Positions 38,589-50,000 of a stretch of DNA of 64,000 nt are shown in pieces. The notes below the pieces were generated by a model. It was not told the DNA's origin. It ran no database searches and was given only the letters and a program-made list of their open reading frames with translations. This DNA comes from Eubacteriales bacterium (GTDB lineage: Bacteria; Bacillota; Clostridia; Oscillospirales; CAG-272). Numbering within the stretch: position 1 is the stretch's first letter; the number at the start of each line of letters is the position of its first letter. Both the position numbers and the translations under genes were made by a program. The stretch spans positions 2,067 to 66,066 of the forward strand of contig JAZORT010000039.1 in the NCBI GenBank assembly GCA_045656745.1, given 5' to 3'.

Positions 38589-41500
38589 ATGAAAAAGTCA
38601 ATCTTTTTAAGAACGATTGCTATGTTGCTTACGCTCACCTTGATCGTTAGCATCGTGACTGTTACCGCTTCTGCGTCGATAGTCGTTGACGATAGCATGG
38701 ATTCTTACAAAAGCGAGACGGGTACGGTTCCCACTCTTGACGAGATGAAGCAGGTTCTGTCTTCTGAGTCGTACAAGAATTATATTGCCGACAACATTCT
38801 CGGCGAGAACCATCCCAATCGTGAAGTTATCTACCTTGACGCTTCCGCGCTCGTTCCGGGCGTAGATGCTACCATCGTAGCTAACAGTCCCGAGGTTTTG
38901 GCCTCGATGAACAAATCTCCCGAGAACTGGGCAGATTTAGGAACGGATAATTTGAACACCTCTGTGTTCCTTCCTTCCGTAAACTCGCAGGGTAAGGCTG
39001 CGGAGGCTTCCTGGGCATTCTCTATTCAGCCCGGCAAGGCAGGCTTCTATAACATCGAGATCGATTACTTCGACTGTATCATCGACGCGGACAGCTACGT
39101 TGATTCTTTGGGTAATGTTCAGTCGATCTTGACCAAGAGCAGCGTCAGCGCTATCGAGCGTAAACTCAAGATAGACTATAAGGTGCCCTTCGACGAGGTT
39201 GGAAGCCTTTCCTTTGACAAGCACTGGAAGTACGATTACGCTACTACCTCTGCTCCTACCGAGGTTTCTGCTTCTGCGGCTCCCTTCATGAGCATTGGTA
39301 CATACACCGAGTACGTTCAGATCCCCGACGGATCCGACGCCGGCTACTACAAGTATGTGACCAAGGTATACCGCGACGATGCTACCGGCAAGCTTATGCA
39401 GACGGTAACTACTTATAAAATCACTCAGGACGTAAACGGCAACTCTATGGCTCCTTCGGCTAAGGCTGTCTCCACCTGGAGCACCTACACTTGTAAGGAC
39501 CCCTCCGGCTTCAGCGAGGGTGCGCTTTGCTTCTACTTCGGTGACGGCGAGCACTTCCTTTCTCTTGAGGCGGTAAGAGAGCCTATGATCATCAAGGAGA
39601 TCAGACTCGTTCCCGTTGACGCGCCTACCGAGAATTCGGATTCTTCCGGTAAGATGAGCTATGCTGAGTACTATGCAAACTATGCATCTAAGGGCTCCAG
39701 CGTTAACGGTTCTCCCACAATAATTGAGGCGGAGTTCCCCGATCTCATTTCCGACTCTTCCGTTGCAGCAACCAACGATAACACCTCTGCGATCACTTAT
39801 CCCATAAGCTCTAAGTCGCAGATATACAATGTTATCGGTGAAAACAGCTACGACGCTATGGGTCAGTGGGCAGCTTACACCTTTACCGTAAACAAGACCG
39901 GTATGTATAAGCTCGGTGCGAGATTTAAGCAGGATACCCTTCAGGGTATGTTTATCTGTCGTGCTATAAAGCTTAGCGGCGGCGTTTACGGCGCTACTCC
40001 CGACGCTCCCTTTGACGAGGCATACAGCATCCGCTTCGGCTATGATAAGAATTGGCAGTCGGAGTATATGGGCTACTACTATTATGAATACGACGAAAGC
40101 GGCAACAAGGTGCTTGACGATGACGGCAACCCCGTTCAGCACAAGCAGGAGATCGAGCTCTACTTCGAGGAGGGTGTTGAGTACACCATTTATCTTGAGT
40201 GCTCTCTCGGTGACCTTAAGGAGTATATCAGAAGAGTAGAAACCGCTCTTAATGTTATTAACGACTGTTACCTCAAGATACTTCAGCGTACCGGTGCTGA
40301 GCCTGATAAGAACCAGGACTATAACTTCCTTGATTATATGCCCGAGGTTCTCGTTAAGCTTCTCGAGCAGTCTCGCGAGCTTACTCAGGTTGCAGACGAG
40401 CTTGAGGCTCTTTGCGGCACTAACGGTTCACATATAGCAACGCTTGATAACGTTGCGCGTATCCTTTCTCTCATGGGTGCGGACGGCGGTGAAAAGATAG
40501 CCGAGAACATGTCCAACCTTAAGTCCAACCTCGGTACTCTCGGTACTTGGATCAACGATTCCAAGTCCAGCGCCCTTATGTTGGACTCTGTAACTCTGGT
40601 TCCTCAGGGTTCGGGAGAAAAAGCAATTCCCAAAGCAAAAGCAAACTTCTTCAAATCTCTCTGGTTTGAGATTTCCTCCTTCGTATATTCGTTCTTTACC
40701 GATTATGACAAGATGGGTCTTACCGAAGAAAACGACGACGGCGATGCAGCAGTCAGCGTTTGGCTTGCTATGGGTCGTGACCAGTCCCAGATCTGGCGTT
40801 CGATGATCGACGCTAAGGACGGCTTCACCGACACGTACGGCAAGGGCGTTTCGCTTAAGCTGGTTACCGCCGGAACGCTTCTTCCTTCGATCCTTTCGGG
40901 TAAGGGTCCCGACGTTTATATGGGTCTTGGCTCGGGTGACGTAATTAACTACGCAATCCGTGACGCTATCCTTGGTATAAGCGGAAATGTGGATGAAGAA
41001 AACGGCAACCTTACTGAAGAACAAAATCAAATATTCAGAAACTTCTACTACCTTGACGCTGCGGGCAACGAGCACGCCTCTGCAACCGAGCTGACAAGGG
41101 AAGAGATGAACGCCCGCGGCTGGCGCCTTGTTTCCAACTCCTTCGAGGTGGCAACAAGAGATGAGATATTTGCTGACGCGGCAATGAAAACTCTTACTCT
41201 TTGTGATGTAACCTACGGTGTTCCCATGACGATGTCCTTCGCTATGATGTTCTACCGTATGGACGTTCTTGCAAAGCTTAACCTTGAGGTTCCCGAGACA
41301 TGGGATCAGCTTATCGGTGCGCTTCCCGCCCTTCAGGCAAGTAACATGACCATCGGTGTCAGCTACGTAAGTGCTCTTGACTTCATGATTTATCAGATGG
41401 GCGAGAGTATGTGGAAGTACGAGAACGGCGACGAGTATGACAGTAAGTGGGCAGGCGCACAGATCAACCTTGACTCTAACATCGCGCTTGAGTCCTTCGA

Positions 41501-42194
41501 GTTCGTATGTAGCCTTTACACCGAGCACTCGCTCCCTGTAAGCTTTGATACCGCAAACCGTTTCAGAACCGGTGAAATGCCCATAACCGTCGGAGATTAC
41601 ATTTCTATATATAATAGCCTTGTAGTGTTCGCATCCGAAATCGGCGGTCTTTGGGAATTCGGCTCGCTTCCCGGATCTATCTACACCGACGAAGCTACCG
41701 GAGATAAGATTTATAACTACGATTCTCTTGCAGGTATCGGTGCAACCGTTCTTCTTAACGGCTGCCAAAAGAGAGGTACTGATACTCTCCTTGCTGCATG
41801 GCAGTTTGCACAGTGGCAGACCAGCCGTGAGATTCAGGCAAACTACGGTAACGGCATAGTTGCTCTTATCGGTCCTGCGGCTAAGTACGAGACTGCAAAC
41901 AAGCTTGCAATAAACGACCTTTCCTGGACAGCTAAGGAAAAGGCTGCTATTGCAGACCAGATGGAGAACCTTGACGCAATCGTTAACTATCCCGGTTCTT
42001 ACATTATCGCAAGATACATGAAGTTCGCGTTCCTTGATGCTTACAACGATGGCACTCCCGCTCAGGAGGCTATGAAGCGTTACATCGGCGCGATCAACAC
42101 CGAGCTTACTCGTAAGAGACAGGAGTTCGGAGACATCCTCTTCAATATAGACGACGACCTTGCTGAGGGCGAGTCTGTTCCGAAGAAAAACTAG
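38589..42194 (+). CDS. Very large extracellular solute-binding protein (beta-rich N-terminal domains + sugar-SBP C-terminal domain)
   Basis: Sec signal ending ASA, no lipobox; C-half GKGPDV, MMFYRMDVL..L.LEVPETWD, FRTGEMP; GGAGG RBS before ATG 38589. Confidence 0.85.
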   Translation: MKKSIFLRTIAMLLTLTLIVSIVTVTASASIVVDDSMDSYKSETGTVPTLDEMKQVLSSESYKNYIADNILGENHPNREVIYLDASALVPGVDATIVANSPEVLASMNKSPENWADLGTDNLNTSVFLPSVNSQGKAAEASWAFSIQPGKAGFYNIEIDYFDCIIDADSYVDSLGNVQSILTKSSVSAIERKLKIDYKVPFDEVGSLSFDKHWKYDYATTSAPTEVSASAAPFMSIGTYTEYVQIPDGSDAGYYKYVTKVYRDDATGKLMQTVTTYKITQDVNGNSMAPSAKAVSTWSTYTCKDPSGFSEGALCFYFGDGEHFLSLEAVREPMIIKEIRLVPVDAPTENSDSSGKMSYAEYYANYASKGSSVNGSPTIIEAEFPDLISDSSVAATNDNTSAITYPISSKSQIYNVIGENSYDAMGQWAAYTFTVNKTGMYKLGARFKQDTLQGMFICRAIKLSGGVYGATPDAPFDEAYSIRFGYDKNWQSEYMGYYYYEYDESGNKVLDDDGNPVQHKQEIELYFEEGVEYTIYLECSLGDLKEYIRRVETALNVINDCYLKILQRTGAEPDKNQDYNFLDYMPEVLVKLLEQSRELTQVADELEALCGTNGSHIATLDNVARILSLMGADGGEKIAENMSNLKSNLGTLGTWINDSKSSALMLDSVTLVPQGSGEKAIPKAKANFFKSLWFEISSFVYSFFTDYDKMGLTEENDDGDAAVSVWLAMGRDQSQIWRSMIDAKDGFTDTYGKGVSLKLVTAGTLLPSILSGKGPDVYMGLGSGDVINYAIRDAILGISGNVDEENGNLTEEQNQIFRNFYYLDAAGNEHASATELTREEMNARGWRLVSNSFEVATRDEIFADAAMKTLTLCDVTYGVPMTMSFAMMFYRMDVLAKLNLEVPETWDQLIGALPALQASNMTIGVSYVSALDFMIYQMGESMWKYENGDEYDSKWAGAQINLDSNIALESFEFVCSLYTEHSLPVSFDTANRFRTGEMPITVGDYISIYNSLVVFASEIGGLWEFGSLPGSIYTDEATGDKIYNYDSLAGIGATVLLNGCQKRGTDTLLAAWQFAQWQTSREIQANYGNGIVALIGPAAKYETANKLAINDLSWTAKEKAAIADQMENLDAIVNYPGSYIIARYMKFAFLDAYNDGTPAQEAMKRYIGAINTELTRKRQEFGDILFNIDDDLAEGESVPKKN

Positions 42195-42209
42195 TAAAGG
42201 AGGCCGATT

Positions 42210-43169
42210 ATGTCACAGACAGAAAATGCAGTAAAAGCTCAGGCTCGTCCGGTGAAACGCGACGAAATGTCTAAGCTTCAGTGGACCTGGAAAGAAATGA
42301 AGAGAAATAAGACGGCCTACTTTATGTTGTTCCCGTTCCTTATCCTCTTTATAGTATTTACAGTTCTTCCCGTTGTGCTCTCTATGTTCTTCAGTCTTAC
42401 CGACTTTAACATGCTTGAGCCGCCTAACTGGAAGGGTATTGATAACTATATCCGTCTCTTCCTTGATGACGAAATATTCATTCTCGCAATTCAGAATACT
42501 CTTATTTTCGCATGTATCACCGGTCCCGTTTCTTACATTCTCTCGCTTCTTGTTGCTTGGTTTGTAAACGAGCTTCCCCCCAAGGTTCGTGCGGTAGTAA
42601 CTCTTGTATTCTATGCTCCTTCTATCTCCGGTCAGGTTTACCTGATTTGGAAAACTCTGTTCTCCTCCGACTCTTACGGTTGGGCGAACGCAACACTAAT
42701 GGATCTGGGAATTATAACATCCCCGATTCTGTGGTTCGAGGATGCTAAGTACGTTATGGGTCTTTGTATAGTGGTTGCACTTTGGACCTCTCTCGGTACT
42801 GCCTTCCTTTCATTCATTGCGGGCTTCCAGACGGTTGACCGTTCGATGTATGAGGCTGCCGCCGTTGACGGTATTAAGAACCGTTGGCAGGAGCTTTGGT
42901 ACATCACACTTCCCACTATGCGTCCTCAGATGATGTTCGGTGCCGTTCTTGCGATCACCAACTCGTTCGGCTTTGGCGGCGTTGTTACCGCGCTTTGCGG
43001 CTTCCCGTCGGTTGACTATGCGGCGCATACGATAATGCACCACCTTGACGACTACGGCGGTGCGCGTTATGAGATTGGTTACGCTTCGGCGATTGCAGTT
43101 GTGCTCTTCGTCCTGATGTTTGCTTCAAACATCCTTGTTAAGAAGGCACTTTCGAAGGTAGGTGAGTAG
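42210..43169 (+). CDS. Carbohydrate ABC permease (MalF-like)
   Basis: EAA loop YEAAAVDG...YITLP; GYASAIA. Confidence 0.92.
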   Translation: MSQTENAVKAQARPVKRDEMSKLQWTWKEMKRNKTAYFMLFPFLILFIVFTVLPVVLSMFFSLTDFNMLEPPNWKGIDNYIRLFLDDEIFILAIQNTLIFACITGPVSYILSLLVAWFVNELPPKVRAVVTLVFYAPSISGQVYLIWKTLFSSDSYGWANATLMDLGIITSPILWFEDAKYVMGLCIVVALWTSLGTAFLSFIAGFQTVDRSMYEAAAVDGIKNRWQELWYITLPTMRPQMMFGAVLAITNSFGFGGVVTALCGFPSVDYAAHTIMHHLDDYGGARYEIGYASAIAVVLFVLMFASNILVKKALSKVGE

Positions 43170-43172
43170 TAT

Positions 43173-44048
43173 ATGGCAAAGAAACTTCGTACCAGAGGAC
43201 ACAGAGTTGTCCTGAACCGTTCAGCCGGTGGTGACGCGGGTATAACCTTTATGCTCACCATCCTCGGTGTTATAATGTTCTTCCCGATGTACTACGTAGT
43301 CATCCAGTCCTTGAAGCCTCTCGACGAGCTGTTCATGTTCCCCCCGAGATTCTATGTTATCAAGCCTACTCTTGACAACTTCTCGGATCTGTTCACTCTT
43401 ATGAGCGACTCTTGGGTTCCTTTCTCAAGATACATATTTAACACCGTATTCATTACTATCTGCGGTACTTGCGGTAACCTTGTCTTTGCTTCTATGGCGG
43501 CATACTCGCTTGCAAAGCTCAGATTCCCCGGTAGAAACGCAATCTTCCAGATGATAGTTATGTCACTTATGTTCCACTCTACTGTTAACCAGGTAACTCA
43601 CTTCATCATTCTCTCCGCTTTCGGTTGGGTCGATACCTATCTTTCGGTAATCGTTCCTTCAATGGCGGGTACAATGGGTCTTTACCTTATGAAGCAGTTC
43701 ATGGAATCTTCAGTTCCCGATACGGTTCTCGAGTCTGCCCGTCTTGACGGCGCAAGCGAGTTTAGAACCTTCCTTATTATAGCAATGCCTATGGTTAAAC
43801 CCGCATGGCTGACGCTTATGATAGAGTGCTTTAAGTCACTTTGGAACTCGGGTGCATCTATTTACATTCACTCTGAGGAGCTTAAAACCTTCAACTATGC
43901 TATCAACCAGATAGTAACCGGTGGTATTGCCCGTTCGGGCGCAGGTGCTGCCGCGATAGTTATTATGATGATAGTTCCTATCGGAGTATTCATTCTTAAC
44001 CAGAGTAAGATCATTGAGACGATGGGATCGTCGGGTATGAAAGACTAA
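43173..44048 (+). CDS. Carbohydrate ABC permease (MalG-like)
   Basis: LMKQFM..VPD.VLESARLDGASEFR.F..IAMP. Confidence 0.92.
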   Translation: MAKKLRTRGHRVVLNRSAGGDAGITFMLTILGVIMFFPMYYVVIQSLKPLDELFMFPPRFYVIKPTLDNFSDLFTLMSDSWVPFSRYIFNTVFITICGTCGNLVFASMAAYSLAKLRFPGRNAIFQMIVMSLMFHSTVNQVTHFIILSAFGWVDTYLSVIVPSMAGTMGLYLMKQFMESSVPDTVLESARLDGASEFRTFLIIAMPMVKPAWLTLMIECFKSLWNSGASIYIHSEELKTFNYAINQIVTGGIARSGAGAAAIVIMMIVPIGVFILNQSKIIETMGSSGMKD

Positions 44049-44062
44049 GCGAGGAGGAAGCG

Positions 44063-47050
44063 ATGAAAAATAAATTAGTAAAAATATTGATTCTGTCGCT
44101 GGTAGCGGTAATGCTCTTTAGCACCTTTACCACCTCGGCTTATGAGTCTTATGACACATACACCTACTCGATAGACGGCGAGCCTCTTGCTTCTCCCCAC
44201 GCCTACACCCCCGATGTAACAACCTACAACTCTAAAGTTATGGGTCTTGTTGAGGGTAACTATTGGCATTATGACTCTACTTCCGACATCGTAGCTTGGC
44301 CCCAGATTGAAACCAACTCGGGCTTTGAGTTAAGAGACCTTGTAAGCTATAAGCTTAACGAGGACGGAACAGGGTATATCGCTTCGGGCTATGCCGTTGC
44401 AGAGCTTAACAAGGTTATCGGTATCCTTGCCGAGATTGACGCAGCTTATAAGGCGGTTTATAACACCGCCTCCTCCGGTGAGGTAGAGGTTACCGTTGAT
44501 CCCGACGATATCGTTGATGAAAACGGCGCATACTTTGAGCCCGATGAGCTTGTTGCGGCAGTTAAGGCTAAGATTGCCGAGGAGGTTGCAAAGCATCCCG
44601 GTGTTAAGGTTACCGTAGCCGGTGCTGACCTTAACCTTTACCGCGATATGCTCTTTGATAAGATGGACCTTCTCAGTGTTACCGTTGAGGTTCTTGATGA
44701 ATACGAGGATCTTCCCGTAGTAACCATCGGTGAAACCGCATTCAAGACTCCTGATTTCAAGGATCTTGGTTACAGTGATACTGTAAAGACTATTGCAGAG
44801 AGCGTTTATTCCGGCGCACTCAGCAATATTGTTGGATTGTATATCCCCGCATCCGTAACTACTATTGAAAAGGGTGTGTTCAAGACTGCAAAGCCCACCG
44901 CGATTTATTACACCGGTGAAACCAGCGCTGAATGGAATGCAATCAAAATGGACGGTTCAAACTTCGATACCAAGAAGATGACCGTTTACTGCTACTCCGA
45001 GTCTCAGAGATTCGGTAACACCGCACTTAACGCTCCCTCAGACGTCGTTGCTGACGAAAAGGGTAACGTTTATATCGCTGATAAAAACAACAACCGTATA
45101 GTAATTCTTGAGGCTGACGGTCTCAAGGTTAAGGGTATTATCAGCAACTACATTGACGAAAACAATAAGGACAGAGTTCTTAACGCACCCGAGGGTGTTT
45201 ATGTTACCAACCCTGAGCTTATGGTTGACGGCTCCGCAAGACAGATCTATGTTTGTAACACCGGAAACAAAAATATCGTTGTATTTGACGAATTCGGTAA
45301 TTATATCAGAACGATAGAGCAGGCACCCATTGCAGGTATGCTTAATGAGGGCGAGTTCGTACCCAGCGCAATCGCGGTTGACAAGTACGGAAGAATCTTC
45401 ATAGTTTCCAAAACCTGTTATAAGGGCATTATAGTAATGTCTAACGAGGGTGTGTTTAGCGGCTTTATCGGCGCACAGAAGGTTACCACCGACATTATGG
45501 ACCAGATCTGGAAGAACTTCCAGTCTCTTGAACAGAAGCAGAGCTCGGTGCTTAACCTTCCCGATCCCTTCAACAACCTGACCGTTGATGAAAATGGCTT
45601 CGTTTACGCGACTATCGTGTTCTCTAAGGAGTCGGATATTAAGCAGCAGGTTACTACTATTAAATCCAAGCTTCCCGCATACTCTCCTGTTAAAAAGCTT
45701 AACTCTATGGGTATTGAGATTATGAAGCGTAACGGCTTCTTCGATCCCGGCGGAGAGGTTATAAACAACACTCTTTCTACAGTTGAGCAGAAGCCCTCTA
45801 CGATTATCGACGTTGCCATAGGCGACGAGGGCTCTTGGACAATTCTCGACAGCTCAAGACAGAGAACCTTTACCTACGATAAGAACGGTAACCTTCTCTT
45901 CGCATTCGGTAACAAGGGTGACCAGCTTGGTAACAACGCGGCTTGTATCGCGCTGACCTACCAGCCCGTTCTTAACCCTGACGAGACCGCGTATGAGGAT
46001 TACAAGTACAATATGATTATACTTGACAAGTCCGAGACCGGTTACTACCTTACCGTTTATCACCCCACAGAGTACTGCGATATGATCATGCAGGCTCTTC
46101 ACAACGAGAACGCTCACAACTTTGACGATACTATCGTATATTGGCAGAACGTTCTTACCCGTAACAACAACTTCGACTTAGCGTATATCGGTATCGGTAA
46201 GGCTCTTTACCACCTCGGTGAGTATAAAGAGGCTATGAAGATGCTCGAGAGCGCATACGAGACCGAGTATTATTCGCTCGCTTTTGCAGAGGTTCGTAAG
46301 GAATTTATCTCTAAGTTCATGCTTCCTCTTGTAATCGGTGCATTGGCTCTTATCGTTCTCTTCTTCAAGTTCCTTGGATATGCAAAGAAGAGAAATAAGG
46401 CTGCAACGCTCAAGGTTGGCAAAAAGTCTTATGCCGAAGAGCTGTTGTTCGTTACTCACATTATCTTCCACCCCTTCGACGGTTTCTGGGATTTGAAGCA
46501 TGAAAAGCGCGGTTCTGTAAGAGCCGGTACAACGATTCTTCTCGTTACCATTCTTGCTTTCTTCTACCAGGCTATCGGTACGGGTTATATGCACAACCCC
46601 AGAGGCGATTATTCCACCGTATTCCTCCAGGTAATAGCGGTTATTGTACCCGTTATTCTTTGGGTAGTAGGTAACTGGTGTCTTACAACGCTCTTTGACG
46701 GTGAGGGTAGCTTCAAGGATATTTATATCGCAACCTGCTACTCGCTCGCACCCCTTCCTTTACTTGTAACTATCTCAACCATTCTTACCAATGTTCTTAC
46801 GGTAACTGAGGGATCTATCATCACCCTTCTTGTAACCTTTGGTTATATCTGGGTTGGTATTCTTCTCTTCTTCGGTATGGTTGTTACCCACGACTACACA
46901 ACAGGAAAGAACTTTATCGCAACAATCGGTACGATCGTTGCAATGGCGGTTATTATCTTCATTATACTTCTGTTCTCCAGCCTTGTAATTAAGATGATAA
47001 GCTTCCTTGTTGCGCTGTTCACAGAAATCTTTAACCGCATAGCGGCATAG
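44063..47050 (+). CDS. Secreted NHL-repeat/TPR protein fused to a YIP1-like membrane domain, with an LRR-like insert
   Basis: Signal peptide; NHL-like repeats (LNAPSDV..VYIAD..NNRIV; PSAIAVDKYGRIF); TPR-like LAYIGIGKALY; YIP1-like HPFDGFWDLKHEKRG and TTLFDGEG.FKDIY. Confidence 0.8.
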   Translation: MKNKLVKILILSLVAVMLFSTFTTSAYESYDTYTYSIDGEPLASPHAYTPDVTTYNSKVMGLVEGNYWHYDSTSDIVAWPQIETNSGFELRDLVSYKLNEDGTGYIASGYAVAELNKVIGILAEIDAAYKAVYNTASSGEVEVTVDPDDIVDENGAYFEPDELVAAVKAKIAEEVAKHPGVKVTVAGADLNLYRDMLFDKMDLLSVTVEVLDEYEDLPVVTIGETAFKTPDFKDLGYSDTVKTIAESVYSGALSNIVGLYIPASVTTIEKGVFKTAKPTAIYYTGETSAEWNAIKMDGSNFDTKKMTVYCYSESQRFGNTALNAPSDVVADEKGNVYIADKNNNRIVILEADGLKVKGIISNYIDENNKDRVLNAPEGVYVTNPELMVDGSARQIYVCNTGNKNIVVFDEFGNYIRTIEQAPIAGMLNEGEFVPSAIAVDKYGRIFIVSKTCYKGIIVMSNEGVFSGFIGAQKVTTDIMDQIWKNFQSLEQKQSSVLNLPDPFNNLTVDENGFVYATIVFSKESDIKQQVTTIKSKLPAYSPVKKLNSMGIEIMKRNGFFDPGGEVINNTLSTVEQKPSTIIDVAIGDEGSWTILDSSRQRTFTYDKNGNLLFAFGNKGDQLGNNAACIALTYQPVLNPDETAYEDYKYNMIILDKSETGYYLTVYHPTEYCDMIMQALHNENAHNFDDTIVYWQNVLTRNNNFDLAYIGIGKALYHLGEYKEAMKMLESAYETEYYSLAFAEVRKEFISKFMLPLVIGALALIVLFFKFLGYAKKRNKAATLKVGKKSYAEELLFVTHIIFHPFDGFWDLKHEKRGSVRAGTTILLVTILAFFYQAIGTGYMHNPRGDYSTVFLQVIAVIVPVILWVVGNWCLTTLFDGEGSFKDIYIATCYSLAPLPLLVTISTILTNVLTVTEGSIITLLVTFGYIWVGILLFFGMVVTHDYTTGKNFIATIGTIVAMAVIIFIILLFSSLVIKMISFLVALFTEIFNRIAA

Positions 47051-47068
47051 TGCAGGAGGTACGAAAAT

Positions 47069-50000
47069 ATGAAATTAAATAAAATACTGTCGTCTGCACT
47101 TGTCGTTATAATGCTGCTTACCAGCCTTATGACACTGCTCCCTGTGAGCGCTCTTGCGAGTGAAGACGCACCCGTAAAGGTTACGATGGGCGAGATTGAT
47201 CCCGAGAAGAACGATCCCGATGCGCTTCTTGCCCTCGTTAACACTACCTTGAAGTATAATTATTCCACAGCTCAGGAAATGCTTGAGGCAGAGAAGAAGG
47301 ACGGCTCTCTTGACGTTATCTCTGCCGGCGGATACAATCTCTATGTTAACAGATACACAGGCTTTGTATTCTACGAGAACACAAAAACCGGTCAGATCCT
47401 TACGAGTAACCCCGTTGATCCCGGCTCTAACAATTCTACAAGCCTTTCCACTTCGGTAATGAGCCAGCTCGAGCTTGAATATAAGGACGTTTCCGATATG
47501 TCTGTCGAAACCGGCGGTGTTTACGACAGTGCAGGGCAGATCCGCGACGGCTTCTCTATCGTTGTAACCGAGCTTCCTTATGATGCATCGTCCGGCAAGG
47601 CGGGTATTTCGGTTCAGTACACCATGGGTGTTAACGCTGCCGACTTCCGCGTTCCCAGATACATTACCGTTGATGACTTCGAGTCTCACCTTGCAACCCC
47701 TATGTTCGAGAAGGTTGGATCGCTTATGAATCAGTATCTTGGCGAAGGTGATTACAACATCGGTGATGACAGCTCCTATCGTATCGGTGACAGATACAAC
47801 CAGTCCAAGATTAACAAAACTCTTGACGACTATGTTTCTAAGGCTCTTAAAACTCTTGGCAGAGACCACGAGGGATATGCTCAGATTAACAAGGCTGTTC
47901 AGGGAACAAAGACCTTGATTGACGGTTACTCTCAGCTTATCGTTCCTGCTAACATCAGCGCAGATGATAAGATCCTCTTCGAGGATGTTCCGATCCTTAA
48001 CGATGGTGTTAGCGTATTCGCTCTTAAAAACAACAACCTTTCTACCTACCGTCTTGTTAACAATGCAATTTACGATGTTCTCGGTAATTCTTATACCAAG
48101 GATGAAGCAAACGCAGACCTTGATAAGACTGGTTATGTAAACCAGGGTGACATTAACTCTGCAAGCTTCCTTGTTTCTATCAACTATACCCTTAACGCCC
48201 AGGGTGAGCTTTACTACGAGGTGCCTATGTACGCGCCTTACTTTGTAAACAACAACCCCAACTACTCTATCAAGGACATCACTCCCTTGAAGTATTTCGG
48301 CGCGGGTGATATTACCAAGGACGGATACATTATGTATCCCGACGGTAGCGGTACTATCGTAGATTTCGATAATATCCGTACTATTCAGGCAAGCTACTAT
48401 GCTTCCACCTACGGTAATGACTACGGTTACTCTAACCTTACTCCCTCTAAGGCTCACCTTGAACAGATCACAATGCCTGTTTACGGTCAGGTCAACGAGA
48501 TAAAGGCTAACGCGAAAACTCAGGGCATTACCAATGAAGAAACTATTACTAACGGTTACTTCGCTATCGTAGAAGAAGGCTCTTCTCTTATGAATCTCAC
48601 CTTCTCCTCCAGTAGTAGCCAACATAAGTATGCTTCTACCGCGGCTTCCTATAAGCCACATCCCATGGACCAGTGGGACCTTTCCGAAACTCTTAGTGCC
48701 GGTGTAAGCGGTAAGGTTTATGTTGTTTCCGAGTCTAAGTATGAGGGAACATACAGGACTAAGATCGTTATGCTTACCGACGAAAAGCTTGCATCCGTTG
48801 AGCCTAACGGCTATGAGCCCAGCTATATCGGAATGGCTAACTGCTACCGTAACTATCTCACCGAAACCGGTGTGATCTCCAAGCTTACCGAGGCTGAAAC
48901 AAGCAAGGATATTCCTCTTTATATTGAAGTTCTCGGTGCAATGGATGTTACCAAGAAGATTCTCTCCTTCCCCGTAGTTGTTTCTTCTCCTCTCACTACC
49001 TTTGAGGATGTTGAAACTATGTATTCCGATTTTGCCGGCACCGGAGTTAAGAATATCAACTTCAGACTGACCGGTTTTGCTAACGGTGGTATGACCTCTA
49101 CCTATCCCGTAAAGGTTAAATGGCAGAAATCTCTCGGCGGCAAGAAGGGACTTAACGCCCTTATCTCTACCGCAAACTCCTATAACGAAAAGGCTGCTGA
49201 AGGCTACAACTTCGGCATTTATCCCGACTTTGACTTCCTCTATATCCACGAAGATAAGATGTTCGACGGTATAAGATACAGAGGCAACGCGGCGATAATG
49301 GTTGATAACAGATATGCATCAAAGCAGTCCTTCAACGCAGTTCTTCAGGTTTACGAATCTCTTCAGGCTATCGTAGTTTCTGCGGATTCCTTCGATAAGC
49401 TTTATGAAAAGTTTAATAAGGCTTATTCCAAGTATGATCTTAACGGTCTTTCGGTTTCTACTCTCGGCTCGGAGCTTAACTCTAACTTCGATACCAAGAA
49501 TCCCGTACACCGCGAGGACACCTTGGCATATACCAAAAACCTTCTCAGCAAAATGTCCTCTGATTATTCCATAATGACCGATGTTGGTAATGTTTATGCT
49601 ATGAGATATGTTGATCACATTCTCAACGCACCTACCGACTCCAGCCATTATAAGTATTCCTCTTACACCATCCCCTTCTATGGAATGGTATTCCACGGAT
49701 ACGTAAATTACGCTGGCTCGCCTCTTAACTACTCCGGCTCTTCCTCGTACGATATTCTTCGTTCTATCGAGAGCGGCGCAAGCCTCCAGTACATTCTTTG
49801 TTACGAAAACACCAATTATCTTAAGGCAGATCCTCTGCTTTCCAAGTATTACGGTGTTGACTACAAGAACTGGAAGGATATAATTGTTAACCAGTATAAC
49901 GAGGTTAAGGCTGCAATCGGCGATATTCAGGACAACATTATCACCGGCCACAAGACTCTTATAACCGAGCGTGTGGTATCGAGAAGTGAAACTATTTCCA

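Noticed and set aside
47075..49249. 724-aa antisense ORF (also 38937-40142, 40428-41768, 49319-50173, 50702-51694)
   Set aside because: Shadow frames of strongly codon-biased sense genes; no recognisable motifs or RBS.
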